This document shows, piece by piece, positions 63,753-64,000 of a stretch of 64,000 nucleotides of DNA. The translations under genes and the position numbers were made by a program. The DNA is taken from assembly GCF_001194135.2 (NCBI RefSeq), contig NC_068987.1, positions 12,502,676 to 12,566,675 on the forward strand. Direction: 5' to 3'. The notes below the pieces were generated by a model. It was given only the letters and a program-made list of their open reading frames with translations, was not told the DNA's origin and made no database searches. Every line of letters starts with the position of its first letter. Positions within the stretch are counted from its first letter, which is position 1. This stretch comes from Octopus bimaculoides. Taxonomy: Eukaryota.

Positions 63753-64000
63753 TGCCTGGCACTCACACCTTTAACAGAATTGCTAAATAGAACTGGATGC
63801 GGTTACAAATGCTATGGAAAAACAGTCAGCCACCTTCTATATATGGATGACCTAAAATTATATGCAAAAAACGACAAAGAGCTAGAAACACTACTACAGA
63901 CAGTACACAGCTTTACCAAGGAAATAGAAATGAAATTCGGATTAGAAAAATGTGCCAAAGCAACCCTGAAAAGAGGAAAATTAGTTAAAAGTAGCAATAT
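63753..64000 (+). mobile_element. 5'-truncated non-LTR retrotransposon RT fragment, R4/Dong-like, runs off the window
   Basis: Stop-free frame CLALTPL...VSHLLYMDDLKLYAKND...MKFGLEKCAKATLKRGK; begins directly after an (AAT)n tract. Confidence 0.85.

Overview
AT-rich eukaryotic genomic DNA with assembly gaps, long (TA)n/(CA)n/(AAT)n/(CAT)n microsatellites and tRNA-type SINE families that look cephalopod (probably Octopus; this is an inference). One minus-strand gene spans the window: the 3' part of twitchin (unc-22/projectin family). I traced 42 GT-AG exons by hand, from 62914 down to 330. They join without a frameshift into 6515 nt (about 2171 codons): Fn3/Ig super-repeats, Fn3 and N-terminal linker, an intact CAMK/MLCK-type kinase, the C-terminal regulatory (autoinhibitory) domain (CRD), Ig, a short linker and a further Ig. 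The gene continues beyond both window edges. The main anomaly is a 23.4-kb phase-0 intron (7454-30826) between the kinase core (..HAWLK) and the CRD (GDHSNL..); the other 40 introns are all 1.8 kb or shorter. It holds at least three frame-preserving exon candidates (39, 60 and 195 nt, the last with pentapeptide repeats), a CRE/AP-1/E-box cluster and a 430-bp foldback. Together these suggest a splice-tunable or internally promoted kinase-regulatory module. Other notable items are a 21-bp minisatellite built from a splice-donor junction and an intact Dong/R4-like RT fragment inserted in (TAA)n. Exon coordinates were counted by hand; repeat boundaries are approximate.
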